Shown here: positions 38,364 through 49,635 of the stretch, piece by piece
Layout of the letters: each line of letters starts with the position of its first letter
Position numbering within the stretch: position 1 is the first letter of the stretch
Assembly (NCBI GenBank): GCA_963749705.1
Contig: CAVVNQ010000021.1
Span: 18,094 to 82,093 of the forward strand
Origin: an uncultured Chloroflexia bacterium
Lineage (GTDB): Bacteria; Chloroflexota; Limnocylindria; Limnocylindrales; CSP1-4
DNA: 64,000 nucleotides
Direction: 5' to 3'
Made by a program: the position numbers and the translations under genes
The notes under the pieces: generated by a model
Told to the model about the DNA's origin: nothing
Seen by the model: the letters and a program-made list of their open reading frames with translations, nothing else
Databases searched by the model: none

Positions 38364-38744
38364 TCAGTGCGCGCAGCTCCTGGCCTGGCCGGCGTCCGAC
38401 TCCGTCCGGAAGCTCGACCCGCAGCCGCAGCCCGACACGGCTTTCGGATTGTTGACGGTGAAGCCGGCGCCCATCAGCGTGTCGACGTAGTCGATCTGGC
38501 TGCCCTCGATCAGCGGCACGCTGTTGCCGTCGATGTACACGCGAACACCGTTCGTGCTCAGCACGTTGTCGTCCGCGGTGGGCTGATCCTCGAGCATCAT
38601 CCCGTACTTGTAGCCCGAGCAGCCGCCCGAGTACACGTACACGCGCAGGCCGATGTCGGGGCTCGTCTCGTCCTTGGTGAGCTCGCGCAGCTTGGTGGCT
38701 GCCGCGTCGGTCAGCGAGACGATCGTCGGCTGGGCGTCGATCAT
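38364..38744 (-). CDS. Fe-S cluster A-type carrier (IscA/ErpA/HesB)
   Basis: GGCSG..Y, IDYV, F...NP...CGCGSSF. AAGGAG RBS. Confidence 0.95.
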   Translation of the reverse strand: MIDAQPTIVSLTDAAATKLRELTKDETSPDIGLRVYVYSGGCSGYKYGMMLEDQPTADDNVLSTNGVRVYIDGNSVPLIEGSQIDYVDTLMGAGFTVNNPKAVSGCGCGSSFRTESDAGQARSCAH

Positions 38745-38912
38745 GAGTGGATTCTCCTTCGAGGGTCGCAGGTCCCGCACCCACCCGGTGCGCGAACCAG
38801 ACGATCGTACGCAAGGCAACGGATTTCGTCCAGCACCTGCGCCAAAATCAACGACAGCCGCGCGGGCGCGGATCCTGCCGGCGCCATGAAGCCGGCGCGA
38901 GCGCGGAGCGCG

Positions 38913-40142
<1,230 letters not shown>

Positions 40143-40175
40143 GCGTCGATTGTGGCACGCGATCGGTGCCCGGCG

Positions 40176-40991
40176 TCAGCGCCCCTTCCAGACCGCCGGG
40201 CGCTTCTCGAGGAAGGCGGCCATCCCCTCCCGCTGGTCCTCGGTCGCGAACAGCTCCTCGAACCGGTCGCGCTCGAGCCGCAGGCCATCGCCCAGCGGCA
40301 GCGACTGCGCCGCATTGACCGCCGCCTTCGCGGCACGCACCGCCAGCGCCGGCATCGCCGCGATCAGCGTGCCCAGGTCGAGCGCCGACGCGATCACGTC
40401 GGCCGCGGGCACGAGCCGCGTGACCAGGCCGATCCGCTCGGCCTCGACGGCATCGATCCGGCGACCCGTGAGCACCATCTCCATCGCCCGGGCGCGTCCG
40501 ACGGCGCGGGCGAGCCGCTGGGTGCCGCCCGCACCGGGGATCACGCCCAGCAGGATCTCGGGCTGGCCGAACCGGGCGTCGTCGCCGGCGACCAGCATGT
40601 CGCAGGCCATCGCGAGCTCCGCGCCACCGCCGAGCGCGAACCCGCGAACGGCCGCGATCGTCGGCGTCCGCAGGCGACCCACGCGATCGATGGCGGCAAA
40701 CGGATCGCCGGTGCGCAGGCTGTCGGGGGTCTCGGCGGCAAGCTCGCGCACGTCCGCACCGGCCGCAAACGCCCGCTCGCTGCCGGTGATCACGATCGCC
40801 CGGCACGCGTCGTCGTCGTCCAGCGCCGCGAGCGCGGCATCGAGCTCGGCCAGCAGGGCGAATGACAGCGCGTTGAGCGCGTCGGGCCGGTCCAGCGTCA
40901 CCAGCGCCACGCCGTCACGGGGCGGGTCGCCCCCGGGCATGTCGACCCGGATCAACGGCTGGTTCTCGCGCGCGGGTGCGTCATCGGTCAT
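40176..40991 (-). CDS. Enoyl-CoA hydratase (PaaF-like)
   Basis: AFAAGAD, GFALGGG.ELA, FGQPEI, PGAGGTQRL, EGMAAFLEKR. Confidence 0.92.
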   Translation of the reverse strand: MTDDAPARENQPLIRVDMPGGDPPRDGVALVTLDRPDALNALSFALLAELDAALAALDDDDACRAIVITGSERAFAAGADVRELAAETPDSLRTGDPFAAIDRVGRLRTPTIAAVRGFALGGGAELAMACDMLVAGDDARFGQPEILLGVIPGAGGTQRLARAVGRARAMEMVLTGRRIDAVEAERIGLVTRLVPAADVIASALDLGTLIAAMPALAVRAAKAAVNAAQSLPLGDGLRLERDRFEELFATEDQREGMAAFLEKRPAVWKGR

Positions 40992-41887
40992 CGCGATGCC
41001 TCCTCCAACCAGTCCACGTCCGGCACGGCCGAGGCGCCGGTGTCGCCGAGCGATGATGTCCAGCCGTCGGCACGTCCCATCGGGGTCGTCCGGCCGGCGC
41101 CCGCGGGCGCCTCGGCACGGCGTCGCGCCACCGGCTCGGTCGACCGGTAGAAGCCGGCCAGCGCCTCGTTGAACAGGGCGGGCCTGCGGCGCGCGACCTC
41201 GTGCCCGCAGTCGGGGACGACCAGCAGGCGGGCGTCGGGCAGCTGGCGTCGCAGCGCCCAGGCGCGATCCACCGGCACGAACGGATCGCGGTCGCCCACC
41301 ACGACCAGCGTGGGTGCGTCGATCCGCCGCAGGTCGCCCGGGCCGGGGAGATCCTGCGTCGCGACGTCCCGGGTGATCGCGGGCAGCAGCCGCTCCCATG
41401 CCCCCTCGCCCTGGACGGGGTCGTGCCGCCGCGCGAGCGCGCGCGCCCACTCCGGGTCCCGGAGCCGGATGCGTCCCGGATCGAACAGCCGGCGCGCGAC
41501 CGAGGCCCGCGGCTCACGGTCGTTCGAGATGCCCGCCAGCACGAGCGTCCGCAGCCGCTCCGGGCTTCTGGTCGCGAACCCCAGCGCGGTCGCCCCGCCC
41601 ATCGAGAAGCCGACCAGGTGGAACGTCGTCAGGCCAAGCGCGGTGGAGAACGCGGCCAGGTCGTCGACGAGCCATTCGTAGCGGAAGCCGTCGTCCGCGT
41701 TCCAGCGGGTAGAGGCGTGCCCGCGCGCGTCGGGCACGAAGCACCGGAACGCCCGGCGCAGCAGGGGGAGCTGGGCCGCGAAGTCCTCGCGCCCGGACGA
41801 CGTGGCGCCGTGGAGCAGGATCAGCGGCGGGCCGGCGCCCTCGACCTCGTACCCGATCTCCAGACCATTCGCGCGCACGTGCGGCAT
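40988..41887 (-). CDS. Alpha/beta hydrolase (enol-lactone-hydrolase-like)
   Basis: LLHG, DARGH, GFSMGG, GDRD, CGH. Confidence 0.88.
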   Translation of the reverse strand: MPHVRANGLEIGYEVEGAGPPLILLHGATSSGREDFAAQLPLLRRAFRCFVPDARGHASTRWNADDGFRYEWLVDDLAAFSTALGLTTFHLVGFSMGGATALGFATRSPERLRTLVLAGISNDREPRASVARRLFDPGRIRLRDPEWARALARRHDPVQGEGAWERLLPAITRDVATQDLPGPGDLRRIDAPTLVVVGDRDPFVPVDRAWALRRQLPDARLLVVPDCGHEVARRRPALFNEALAGFYRSTEPVARRRAEAPAGAGRTTPMGRADGWTSSLGDTGASAVPDVDWLEEASR

Positions 41888-41903
41888 CGTCGGCTGCCCG
41901 CGC

Positions 41904-42440
41904 TCAGCCGGCCGGCGATTCGGGCTTGCCGGCCACAGTGGCGGTCGTCGCCCGCTCGATCCGCAGGTACCGGCGGCGGTGGTACAGCAGCGGAGGCGCG
42001 TCGGGGTCGCCGAGCGACAGCGCGTCCACCCGGCCGACGTACAGGTGGTGATCGCCGACCGTGAAGCGATCGACGACCGCGCATTCCATGGAGGCGATGG
42101 TGCCCGCCAGCAACGGCAGCCCGGTCACGCCCGGCCGCCATTCCGCGCCGCAGAACGCGTCCCTGCCGGGGGCGACGTTCGCGCCGGCGAAGCAGTCGGA
42201 GAGCCACAGCTGGCCCTCGTGGAGGATGTTGATCGCGAACCGGCGGCCGGCATCGATCATCGGAACGATGAACCGCTGCTGATCGAGCGCGACCATGACC
42301 AGCGGCGGCTCGAGGCTGACCGACGCCATGGCGTTGACGGTGATTCCCTGTGGCCGGTCGCCATCCATCGCCGTCACCACCGTCACGCCGGTCGCGAACT
42401 GGCCGATGATGGTCCGGAAGTCGCCGGTCGAGACGTTCAC
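41904..42440 (-). CDS. Flavin reductase family protein
   Basis: FATGVTVVT, SVSLEPPLV, GDH.LYVGRV, PLLY. Confidence 0.9.
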   Translation of the reverse strand: MNVSTGDFRTIIGQFATGVTVVTAMDGDRPQGITVNAMASVSLEPPLVMVALDQQRFIVPMIDAGRRFAINILHEGQLWLSDCFAGANVAPGRDAFCGAEWRPGVTGLPLLAGTIASMECAVVDRFTVGDHHLYVGRVDALSLGDPDAPPLLYHRRRYLRIERATTATVAGKPESPAG

Positions 42441-42591
42441 CGGTGCAGCATACGGTGGGCTCGCCCGTTGCCGGCCGACGCGCCCGGAGGCACGGCCGCC
42501 ATCCCGCCCGTTCTCGGCCGAAGCCGCCCGCCGTCCACCTCGGGCCATCCGGCCCGTCTCGCCATCGCGCCCATCGCCGTACCATCGGTCC

Positions 42592-44010
42592 ATGGATACC
42601 GAGAAGCTCGCCGCCGCCCCGGCGACCCGGATCGAGCGCGACTCCATGGGCGAGATGGAGGTCCCCGTCAATGCCCTGTACGGCGCGTCCACCCAGCGCG
42701 CCGTGATCAACTTCCCGATCTCGGGGCAGCGGATGCCGCGTCGCCTCCTGCGCGCGCTGGCGCTCGTCAAGCAGGCCGCCGCCGAGACCAACGCCGGCCT
42801 CGGCCTGATCGAGGCGGCGAAGGCACAGGCGATCGTCGCCGCGGCTCGCGAGGTCGCCGCCGGCCGGCACGACGAGCAGTTCCCGATCGACGTCTACCAG
42901 ACCGGATCGGGCACCTCGACCAACACCAACATGAACGAGGTCATCGCCCACATCGCGTCGGCCCGCCTGGGCGGGGCGAAGGTCCACCCCAACGATGACG
43001 TCAACAAGTGCCAGAGCTCGAACGACACGATCCCCACGGCGCTCCAGCTGGCTGCCGCGGTCGCCATCGAGGACGAGCTCATCCCGGCCCTCGTCGCGCT
43101 CCAGCGCTCGCTGGCCACGAAGTCGGACGAGTTCTGGGACGTCGTCAAGACGGGCCGGACGCACCTCCAGGATGCGACGCCGATCCGCCTCGGCCAGGAG
43201 TTCGCGGGATACGCGGGCCAGGTGGAGGAGGCGATCCGGCGGGCGCAGGCCGCGCGCGACGAGCTGCTCACGGTGCCCCTCGGCGGCACCGCCGTCGGGA
43301 CGGGCATCAACGCCCACCCGGAGTACGCGGCGCGGGCGTGCGTCCACCTGTCCGAGCTGACCGGGCTCCAGGTCCGTGAGGCGGGCAACCACTTCCACGC
43401 GCAGGCGACCCTGGACGCGGCGATCGCCGCCCACGGCGGGTTGCGCGCCATCGCCCTGGGCCTGTGGAAGATCGCCTCGGATATCCGGTACATGGGCATG
43501 GGACCGCGCGCGGGCCTCGGGGAGCTGGCGCTGCCGGAGACGCAGCCCGGTTCGTCGATCATGCCCGGCAAGGTGAATCCGGTCATCGCCGAGAGCCTGA
43601 CCATGGTCGTGGCGCGGGTGGTGGGCAATGACGCCACGGTCGCGTTCGGCCAGACCGGCAGCTTCCTCGAGCTCAACGTGATGCTCCCGGTGACGGCGCA
43701 GGCGATGCTCGAGTCGATCACCCTGCTGGCGGCCTCGGCGCGCAACTTCCGGGTGCGCCTCGTCGACGGGCTCCAGGCGACGGATCGCGGACCGAAGCTG
43801 GTCGAGCAGGGCCTGATGCTGGCGACCGCGCTGGCACCGGAGATCGGCTACGACGCGGCGGCCGCCCTGGCCAAGGAGGCGCTCAAGTCCGGGAGGACGA
43901 TCCGCGAGCTTGCCATCGAGAAGGGGATCGCCGCGGACCGGCTGGACGTCCTGCTCGATCCGGCCGCGATGACCGAGCCTGGGCTGGGCGGGCCGTCGGC
44001 GGGCGGCTGA
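42592..44010 (+). CDS. fumC: Class II fumarate hydratase
   Basis: RIERDSMG, QTGSGT..NMN, GRTHLQDATP, GSSIMPGKVNP. Confidence 0.95.
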   Translation: MDTEKLAAAPATRIERDSMGEMEVPVNALYGASTQRAVINFPISGQRMPRRLLRALALVKQAAAETNAGLGLIEAAKAQAIVAAAREVAAGRHDEQFPIDVYQTGSGTSTNTNMNEVIAHIASARLGGAKVHPNDDVNKCQSSNDTIPTALQLAAAVAIEDELIPALVALQRSLATKSDEFWDVVKTGRTHLQDATPIRLGQEFAGYAGQVEEAIRRAQAARDELLTVPLGGTAVGTGINAHPEYAARACVHLSELTGLQVREAGNHFHAQATLDAAIAAHGGLRAIALGLWKIASDIRYMGMGPRAGLGELALPETQPGSSIMPGKVNPVIAESLTMVVARVVGNDATVAFGQTGSFLELNVMLPVTAQAMLESITLLAASARNFRVRLVDGLQATDRGPKLVEQGLMLATALAPEIGYDAAAALAKEALKSGRTIRELAIEKGIAADRLDVLLDPAAMTEPGLGGPSAGG

Positions 44011-44083
44011 CCGCTCGGCGACTGGTGCCGGCGGGAGACCCAACCCACGGGGGTCGCGCTCGATCCCTCCCGACCGAATCGGG

Positions 44084-44467
44084 TCAGGGGGTGATCGTGA
44101 GGGTGCCGGTCATGTTCGGGTGCACCGTGCACACGAAGCGGTAGCTCCCCGCCGGCAGCGGCCCGAACCGGACCTCTGCCTGCCCGGGACCCGAGATCGT
44201 CGCGCTGGTGGCGAGCTCCCGATCGCCGTCGAGCACCCGGATGTCGTGGGGAACGCCCGAGTCCCGGTTGTCAAGGATGATCCGCAGCGGGGTCCCGGCC
44301 GGCAGCCGGATCTCGGTCGGCTCGAAGGCGACGTTGACCGCCCGGACGGTCTCCTGGACGCCGTCGAACGACGCCTCGACCGTCGGCGCGGGACCCGCGG
44401 ATCCACAGCCGGCCACGACGATCGCGACCAGCATGGCAAGGGGTGTGAGCCGCCTGGTTCGTCGCAT
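44084..44467 (-). CDS. Cupredoxin lipoprotein
   Basis: Lipobox VAGC, VPHDI, CTVHPNMTG. Confidence 0.85.
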   Translation of the reverse strand: MRRTRRLTPLAMLVAIVVAGCGSAGPAPTVEASFDGVQETVRAVNVAFEPTEIRLPAGTPLRIILDNRDSGVPHDIRVLDGDRELATSATISGPGQAEVRFGPLPAGSYRFVCTVHPNMTGTLTITP

Positions 44468-44676
44468 GGCGCACAGGGAACCCGGTCGCCGGGGCGGCGT
44501 CAAGCGGAGTTGCGCTGCACGGCCGGCGGGCGGGAGGAGGCCGCCCCGACATCGCGGCGGGCGGCCGGGCTGAGGCCGCGTCCGGCGTCGCGCCCGGTGT
44601 CACCTGCCACCTCCCTCCCGCCCGGCCGCCTGCACCGGCGCGCGGCGTCCGGCGGTCGACCGTTACAATCCGCGCG

Positions 44677-45465
44677 ATGTCCACCCAACCCGCCTGGGAC
44701 CGCGCCGGGTCCCTTCCCGTCCCCGTCACCGACCGCGCCGCCATGCCTGAGGTCGTCGCGCTGCGCAGCGAGCTGCCGACGGTCGACGAGCTGTTCACCT
44801 TCATGCGCGATGCGGAGCTCAGGTTCGAAACGCTGCGGATGCGGATCGAGGAGCACGCCTGGAACACCCGGGGCGAGGAGCTCTCGATCATCGAGATTGC
44901 GCTCCGCCATCCGGGCGAGGTCAAGGTGCTGTCGTCGATCCCGGCCGACGGCACGACGGGCAGCTACGACGTGTGGGTGTCCGACGGCTCGACCGTGCAG
45001 ACGTACGTGGCCAGCCGCAGGCTGGGAACGCGGCGCCCGGTCCGCCCGATGGTCCGAGGCGTCGTTGACGACCACGACCTTCCGGGTCGTTCACGGGTCT
45101 ACGTCCCGCGGACGGCGCTGCCGGCGGAGTCGCTGCCCGACCTGTTCGTCCATCCCGCGGGCTACTGCCAGAACGTCCTGGCCACCGGGGCCTGCGCGGT
45201 GACCGGGACGACCGAGGTGGCCGGCCGAGAGGCGATCGTGCTCGAGTGCGACCATCCGCGGACGATCGAGGTCGTCGCGGATCGCCGGGACTTCCACGTC
45301 CGGATCGCCGTCGACCGCGCGGATGGCGTCATCCTGCGGCTCGAGGAGTCGATCGCCGGCACCATCACCCGGGACGCGATCGTCACCAGCTACGGCCCCA
45401 ACGCCCCGCTGCCGCCGTCGGCGTTCGGGTTCTCGTTCCCGTCCGACACGACGTTCCTCTACTGA
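44677..45465 (+). CDS. Hypothetical protein with a LolA-like beta-sheet fold and no signal peptide
   Basis: VSDGSTV..Y, VAGR.A, VDRADGVILR, N.PLP...F.F.FP C-terminus. Confidence 0.65.
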   Translation: MSTQPAWDRAGSLPVPVTDRAAMPEVVALRSELPTVDELFTFMRDAELRFETLRMRIEEHAWNTRGEELSIIEIALRHPGEVKVLSSIPADGTTGSYDVWVSDGSTVQTYVASRRLGTRRPVRPMVRGVVDDHDLPGRSRVYVPRTALPAESLPDLFVHPAGYCQNVLATGACAVTGTTEVAGREAIVLECDHPRTIEVVADRRDFHVRIAVDRADGVILRLEESIAGTITRDAIVTSYGPNAPLPPSAFGFSFPSDTTFLY

Positions 45466-45495
45466 GGCCAGCCCCGCCCACGCGGGAAGGCCCGG

Positions 45496-46659
45496 CTACA
45501 ACCCCGCCGGGCTCGAGGCCGACATCTCCGGTGCCTGCCCCGCCAGCCGGACCAGGACCGCCGATGCAGCGATGGTCATCACGATCGCCGCCAGCACCGC
45601 GGTGAACGCCACCTGGTCGACGGCCCCCGCGGCGAGCCCGATCCCCGCCAGCACGTAGCCGAACTCGCCGAGCTGCCCCAGCCCGATCGCGAGCTGGCCC
45701 GGCCGGGCATGCAGCCGCGCGATCCGTGCGAGCAGCCACGCGACGCCGACCTTCGCGACCACCATCAGGGCCACCAGGGCGGCGGTGAGCGGCGCGGCCG
45801 CGCCCAGCGAGCCGGGGTCGATGAGCGACCCGACCGCGACGAAGAACAGGACGGCGAACACGTCGCGGAACGGCAACAGCCGGCGCCGGGCCTCCGCGGT
45901 CTCGGCGCGGTCACTGATGGCAAGCCCGGCCACGAACGCCGCGAGCGCCATCGGCATGCCGAACACCACCGCGCCCATCGCCGCGAGCGTGAGGCCGGCC
46001 GCCACCGACACGATCAGGAACAGGTCGTGGTACGTGCGGAGCCGAGCGAGCACCCAGGGCAGCACGCGTGCCGCAACGGCCGCCAGGGCACCGAACAGGA
46101 CGAACCCGGCCACGGTCTCGGCCAGGGGCCGGTCGCCGTTGCCCAGCAACGCGAGCATGACCGCCGCGAGGATGACCCCGGTGAGGTCCTGGAGCACGCT
46201 CCAGCCCAGCAGCGCCTGCTCGGTGGAGCGATCCGTCGTGCGACGGCTGGAACGGGTGATGTTGACGACGACCACCGACGACGACATCGCGACGCTGAGC
46301 CCGAGCAGCGCGGCGCCGAACGTGGCGAGCCCGAGCGCGGACAGCACGGCCATTGCGCACGCCGTCGAGATCAGGATCTGGGCCGGCGCGGCCCACAGCA
46401 GCCCGCGCTGCTCCCGTCGCAGCCGGCCGAGGTCGACCTCGATCCCGACCTCGAACAGCAGCAGGACGACGCCGACGTCGGCGAGCAGCTCGATCTGGTG
46501 GCGATCCGCGACGTAGCCGGGCGTGAACGGCGACACGGCCAGGCCGGCCGCGAGGTACCCGACGACCGCCGGCAGGCCGACCCGGCGCGCCACCCAGCCA
46601 AAGCCGGCCGCGAGGAGCAGCACGAGACCGATGTCGAGGACGAGCGGCGCGGTGTCCAC
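45496..46659 (-). CDS. CPA2 cation:proton antiporter (YbaL/Kef-like, TM part only)
   Basis: P.VVGYL.AG, GVVLLLF.VG, QDL, PFRDVF..LFF..VG, QLGEFG. Confidence 0.9.
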   Translation of the reverse strand: MDTAPLVLDIGLVLLLAAGFGWVARRVGLPAVVGYLAAGLAVSPFTPGYVADRHQIELLADVGVVLLLFEVGIEVDLGRLRREQRGLLWAAPAQILISTACAMAVLSALGLATFGAALLGLSVAMSSSVVVVNITRSSRRTTDRSTEQALLGWSVLQDLTGVILAAVMLALLGNGDRPLAETVAGFVLFGALAAVAARVLPWVLARLRTYHDLFLIVSVAAGLTLAAMGAVVFGMPMALAAFVAGLAISDRAETAEARRRLLPFRDVFAVLFFVAVGSLIDPGSLGAAAPLTAALVALMVVAKVGVAWLLARIARLHARPGQLAIGLGQLGEFGYVLAGIGLAAGAVDQVAFTAVLAAIVMTIAASAVLVRLAGQAPEMSASSPAGL

Positions 46660-46742
46660 GTCGCGAGGATAGCGACCGGGTGGGCAGCAACGTCACCCGG
46701 GACGCCGCGCCCGGGCCGCCGCGCAGTCGCCGCCGGTCGATC

Positions 46743-48353
46743 TCAGGTGGCCGTGGAAACCGCCGCGCGGGTGGGATCGAGCGTCGGATCCGGCGGGAAC
46801 GCGAGCCGTGCCAGGTCGAGCGGCCCGGCGTCCAGCGTCGGACCCGGGCGATGGAGCAGGTATCCCTGGCCCGCGTCGAGCCCGAGCTCGATCACGCTGA
46901 CCAGCTGCTCCGGCGTCTCCACCCCCTCGGCAACGACCATCTGGCCGCGGCGGCGGGCGAGCTCCAGGAGCGCGCGCAGGACGGCCTGCGACGGATCATC
47001 GCGGGCACCCGCCTGGATCAGCGACAGGTCGATCTTCATGATGTCGAAGTCGAGCTCGCGCAGCAGCCGCAGGCCCGCGTTGCCGGCACCCACGTCGTCG
47101 GCGGCGATCCGGACACCGTGGCGGCGGAGCATCGCCAGCGATTCGCGAAGCCGGTCGAGGTCCTCCACGGCCTCGCGCTCGGTCAGCTCGAGCACGATCC
47201 GCATCGGGTCGATGTCGCGCTGGCGGGCCAGGGCCAGCAGCTCGTGCGGCTTGAAGCCATCGGATTCGAGCGATCGTGGCGACAGGTTGACGGACAGGTA
47301 CAGGCCGGGGTCGAGCGTCCGGGCCCCGGACAGCACGGCATCCAGGCTGGCGAGGTCGAGCTCGACCGTGTGACCCGTCGATTCGGCCGCCACGAACAGC
47401 GCGCTGGCGTCGGCGAACCCGGATCCGGGCTTTGGCCGGACGAGCCCCTCGTAGCCCAGGACGCGGCCGGTCCTGAGGCAGTGGATCGGCTGGTAGACCG
47501 GCGCCAGCAGTCGACCGGCGGCAACGCGCGACACCGCCGCGGCCAGCTCCTCGAGCGACCGCGAGTCCTCCGCGATCCCGTGGTGCAGGGGGTCGAACAG
47601 CTGGACGTCCGTCCGGCCATGGCGCTTGCCCCAGAACAGCGCGGCGTCGGCCTGGTGGACCAGCTGCTTGCGGTCGTGGGCCAGCCCGGGCATCGATGAC
47701 ACGCCGATGGTCAGCGAGAACGGCGCGACCCCCAGCGTTCCGGAACCTCCGCTCAGCGCGCTGGCGAGGATCCGCCGCGCGATCCCCACGGCCTCGTCGG
47801 CATCGCACTCTCGGAGCACGACGGCGAACTCGTCGCCGCCGATCCGGAAGCCGCGATCCTGCCGGCGGAGCTCGGCGGTGATGATCCGGCCGGTGGCCCG
47901 CAGCAGCGCGTCGCCGGCGGCGTGGCCCTGCAGCTCGTTGACGAGCTTGAGCTCGTCGACATCGAGGATCATCAGGGCGAACCGCGTCGCGTCGGCCTCG
48001 GCCGTGGTGACCCTGAGCTCGAGCTCCTCCTGGAACGCCCGGTGGTTGCCGAGGCCGGTCAGCCCGTCGGCGAGGGCATCGAGCCTGGCGCGGTCGAAGG
48101 CCGACCGCAGCTCGTCCTGCTGGAGGCCGACGAGGCTGATCTGGCCCAGGATCCGGCGCAGCATGAGGCCGGATGCCGCGGCGACGAGCGCGGCGAGCAG
48201 CATCGAGACCGCGAGCCCTGGGGTCGGGCCGGAGCCCAACAGCCACGCGACCGCGGTGGTGACCGCGATCCACAGCACGGCGACAACCGCGAACCAGCGA
48301 ACGAGGCCGGCGCGGATGGCGTTCGTTGCGGCGCTGTAATTGCGGCCGGGCAT
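46743..48353 (-). CDS. Membrane-bound diguanylate cyclase/phosphodiesterase (GGDEF-EAL)
   Basis: Two TM helices, DGLTGLGN, RRQD I-site plus RIGGDEF, YQP..EGLVR, DDVGAG, MKID, AEGVE. Confidence 0.93.
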   Translation of the reverse strand: MPGRNYSAATNAIRAGLVRWFAVVAVLWIAVTTAVAWLLGSGPTPGLAVSMLLAALVAAASGLMLRRILGQISLVGLQQDELRSAFDRARLDALADGLTGLGNHRAFQEELELRVTTAEADATRFALMILDVDELKLVNELQGHAAGDALLRATGRIITAELRRQDRGFRIGGDEFAVVLRECDADEAVGIARRILASALSGGSGTLGVAPFSLTIGVSSMPGLAHDRKQLVHQADAALFWGKRHGRTDVQLFDPLHHGIAEDSRSLEELAAAVSRVAAGRLLAPVYQPIHCLRTGRVLGYEGLVRPKPGSGFADASALFVAAESTGHTVELDLASLDAVLSGARTLDPGLYLSVNLSPRSLESDGFKPHELLALARQRDIDPMRIVLELTEREAVEDLDRLRESLAMLRRHGVRIAADDVGAGNAGLRLLRELDFDIMKIDLSLIQAGARDDPSQAVLRALLELARRRGQMVVAEGVETPEQLVSVIELGLDAGQGYLLHRPGPTLDAGPLDLARLAFPPDPTLDPTRAAVSTAT

Positions 48354-48455
48354 CGGGTGTCAGGACCCCCCTGGCAGTGCCGCAGGTAGCGGCATCTCCT
48401 GTTGTACGCCCGCACCGCCCGTTCGACTCCGGTACGAAGGTACGGCCGGGCGCGG

Positions 48456-48492
48456 GGCGGAGAGCACCGCAACAACAGGCGGAGAGCACCGC
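48456..48492. repeat. 15-bp direct repeat GGCGGAGAGCACCGC x2 (22-bp period) in a divergent promoter region
   Basis: Exact copies at 48456-48470 and 48478-48492, spacer AACAACA. Confidence 0.8.
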
Positions 48493-48584
48493 GCTGGACG
48501 AACGGTGCCAAACTTCGAGGTCGACGAGGGAGTCTGCGTCAAGGACGCCGACCCGTCCGCGAATGGCCCGGAGACGAGGAGCCG

Positions 48585-49592
48585 ATGAGCGACGACAAGA
48601 GCACGCCCAAGGGCCACAGGGACGAGTCCGTCGGGGCACAGCGGGATGGAGGTTCGGAGGGCGCGGTGGCAGGCGAGGCGCAGGCCCTGGCGAAGGAGGT
48701 TGCGGCGGTTGCGAAGAAGGCTGCCGCCCTGGCCGCGAAACCGGTCAAGGACGACCAGGACAAGGCCCCGCCGTCCTCCGGTGGCCCGATCGACCCCGGC
48801 GAGCGACGGATCGGCATCGGCGTCGACGTCGGCGGCAGCGGGATCAAGGTTGCCGCGGTGGACCTCGATTCAGGACAGCTCATCTCACCGCGACATCGCG
48901 TTCCAACGCCGCAGCCGTCCGCGCCTGCCGCCGTCATCGCGTCCATCGCGCGGCTGGTCAGGAAGATCTCGACCGAGGTCATCCTCGCGCCGAACGTCGC
49001 CGTCGGCGTGGGCTTCCCGGCCGTGGTCATCGACGGCGTCACCAAGAGCGCCGCCAACGTCGACCCCGGCTGGGTCGACTTCGATGCCGACGCGGCCATG
49101 GAGCGGGTGCTCCGGCGTCCGGTCCACATCGTCAACGACGCCGATGCGGCGGGCGTCGCCGAGATGCGCTTCGGCGCGGGGGTCGGCCAGCGGGGCACGG
49201 TGTTCCTGATCACGCTGGGCACCGGGACGGGCTCCGCGCTGTTCTACAACGGCATGCTCGTGCCCAACCTCGAGCTGGGCCACATGGAGATCCGCGGCAG
49301 GGACGCGGAGCGGCGGTCGGCGGCGGCTGCCCGCATCCGTCGGGGCCTGTCCTGGAAGGCCTGGGCCGCCGACCTCGACGAGCACCTGCTTGCGATCGAG
49401 CGGCTGTTCTCGCCCCGGATGTTCATCATCGGCGGCGGGGTCTCCAAGCGATCCGAGCGGTTCATCCCCCGGCTGACCGTTCGTGCCGTGGTCGTCCCCG
49501 CCAAGCTGCTCAACGACGCGGGGATCGTGGGGGCCGCGATGGCGTCGGCCGAGCAGGAGATCGCGATCGCCGCCGCCGCGGGCGCCGGCTGA
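48585..49592 (+). CDS. ppgK: Polyphosphate glucokinase (ROK family)
   Basis: [61 protein letters not shown]. Confidence 0.9.
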   Translation: MSDDKSTPKGHRDESVGAQRDGGSEGAVAGEAQALAKEVAAVAKKAAALAAKPVKDDQDKAPPSSGGPIDPGERRIGIGVDVGGSGIKVAAVDLDSGQLISPRHRVPTPQPSAPAAVIASIARLVRKISTEVILAPNVAVGVGFPAVVIDGVTKSAANVDPGWVDFDADAAMERVLRRPVHIVNDADAAGVAEMRFGAGVGQRGTVFLITLGTGTGSALFYNGMLVPNLELGHMEIRGRDAERRSAAAARIRRGLSWKAWAADLDEHLLAIERLFSPRMFIIGGGVSKRSERFIPRLTVRAVVVPAKLLNDAGIVGAAMASAEQEIAIAAAAGAG

Positions 49593-49635
49593 GGCGCGGC
49601 AAACAAGGGTCGGGTGTGGCGCGCGCCGCGATCCG

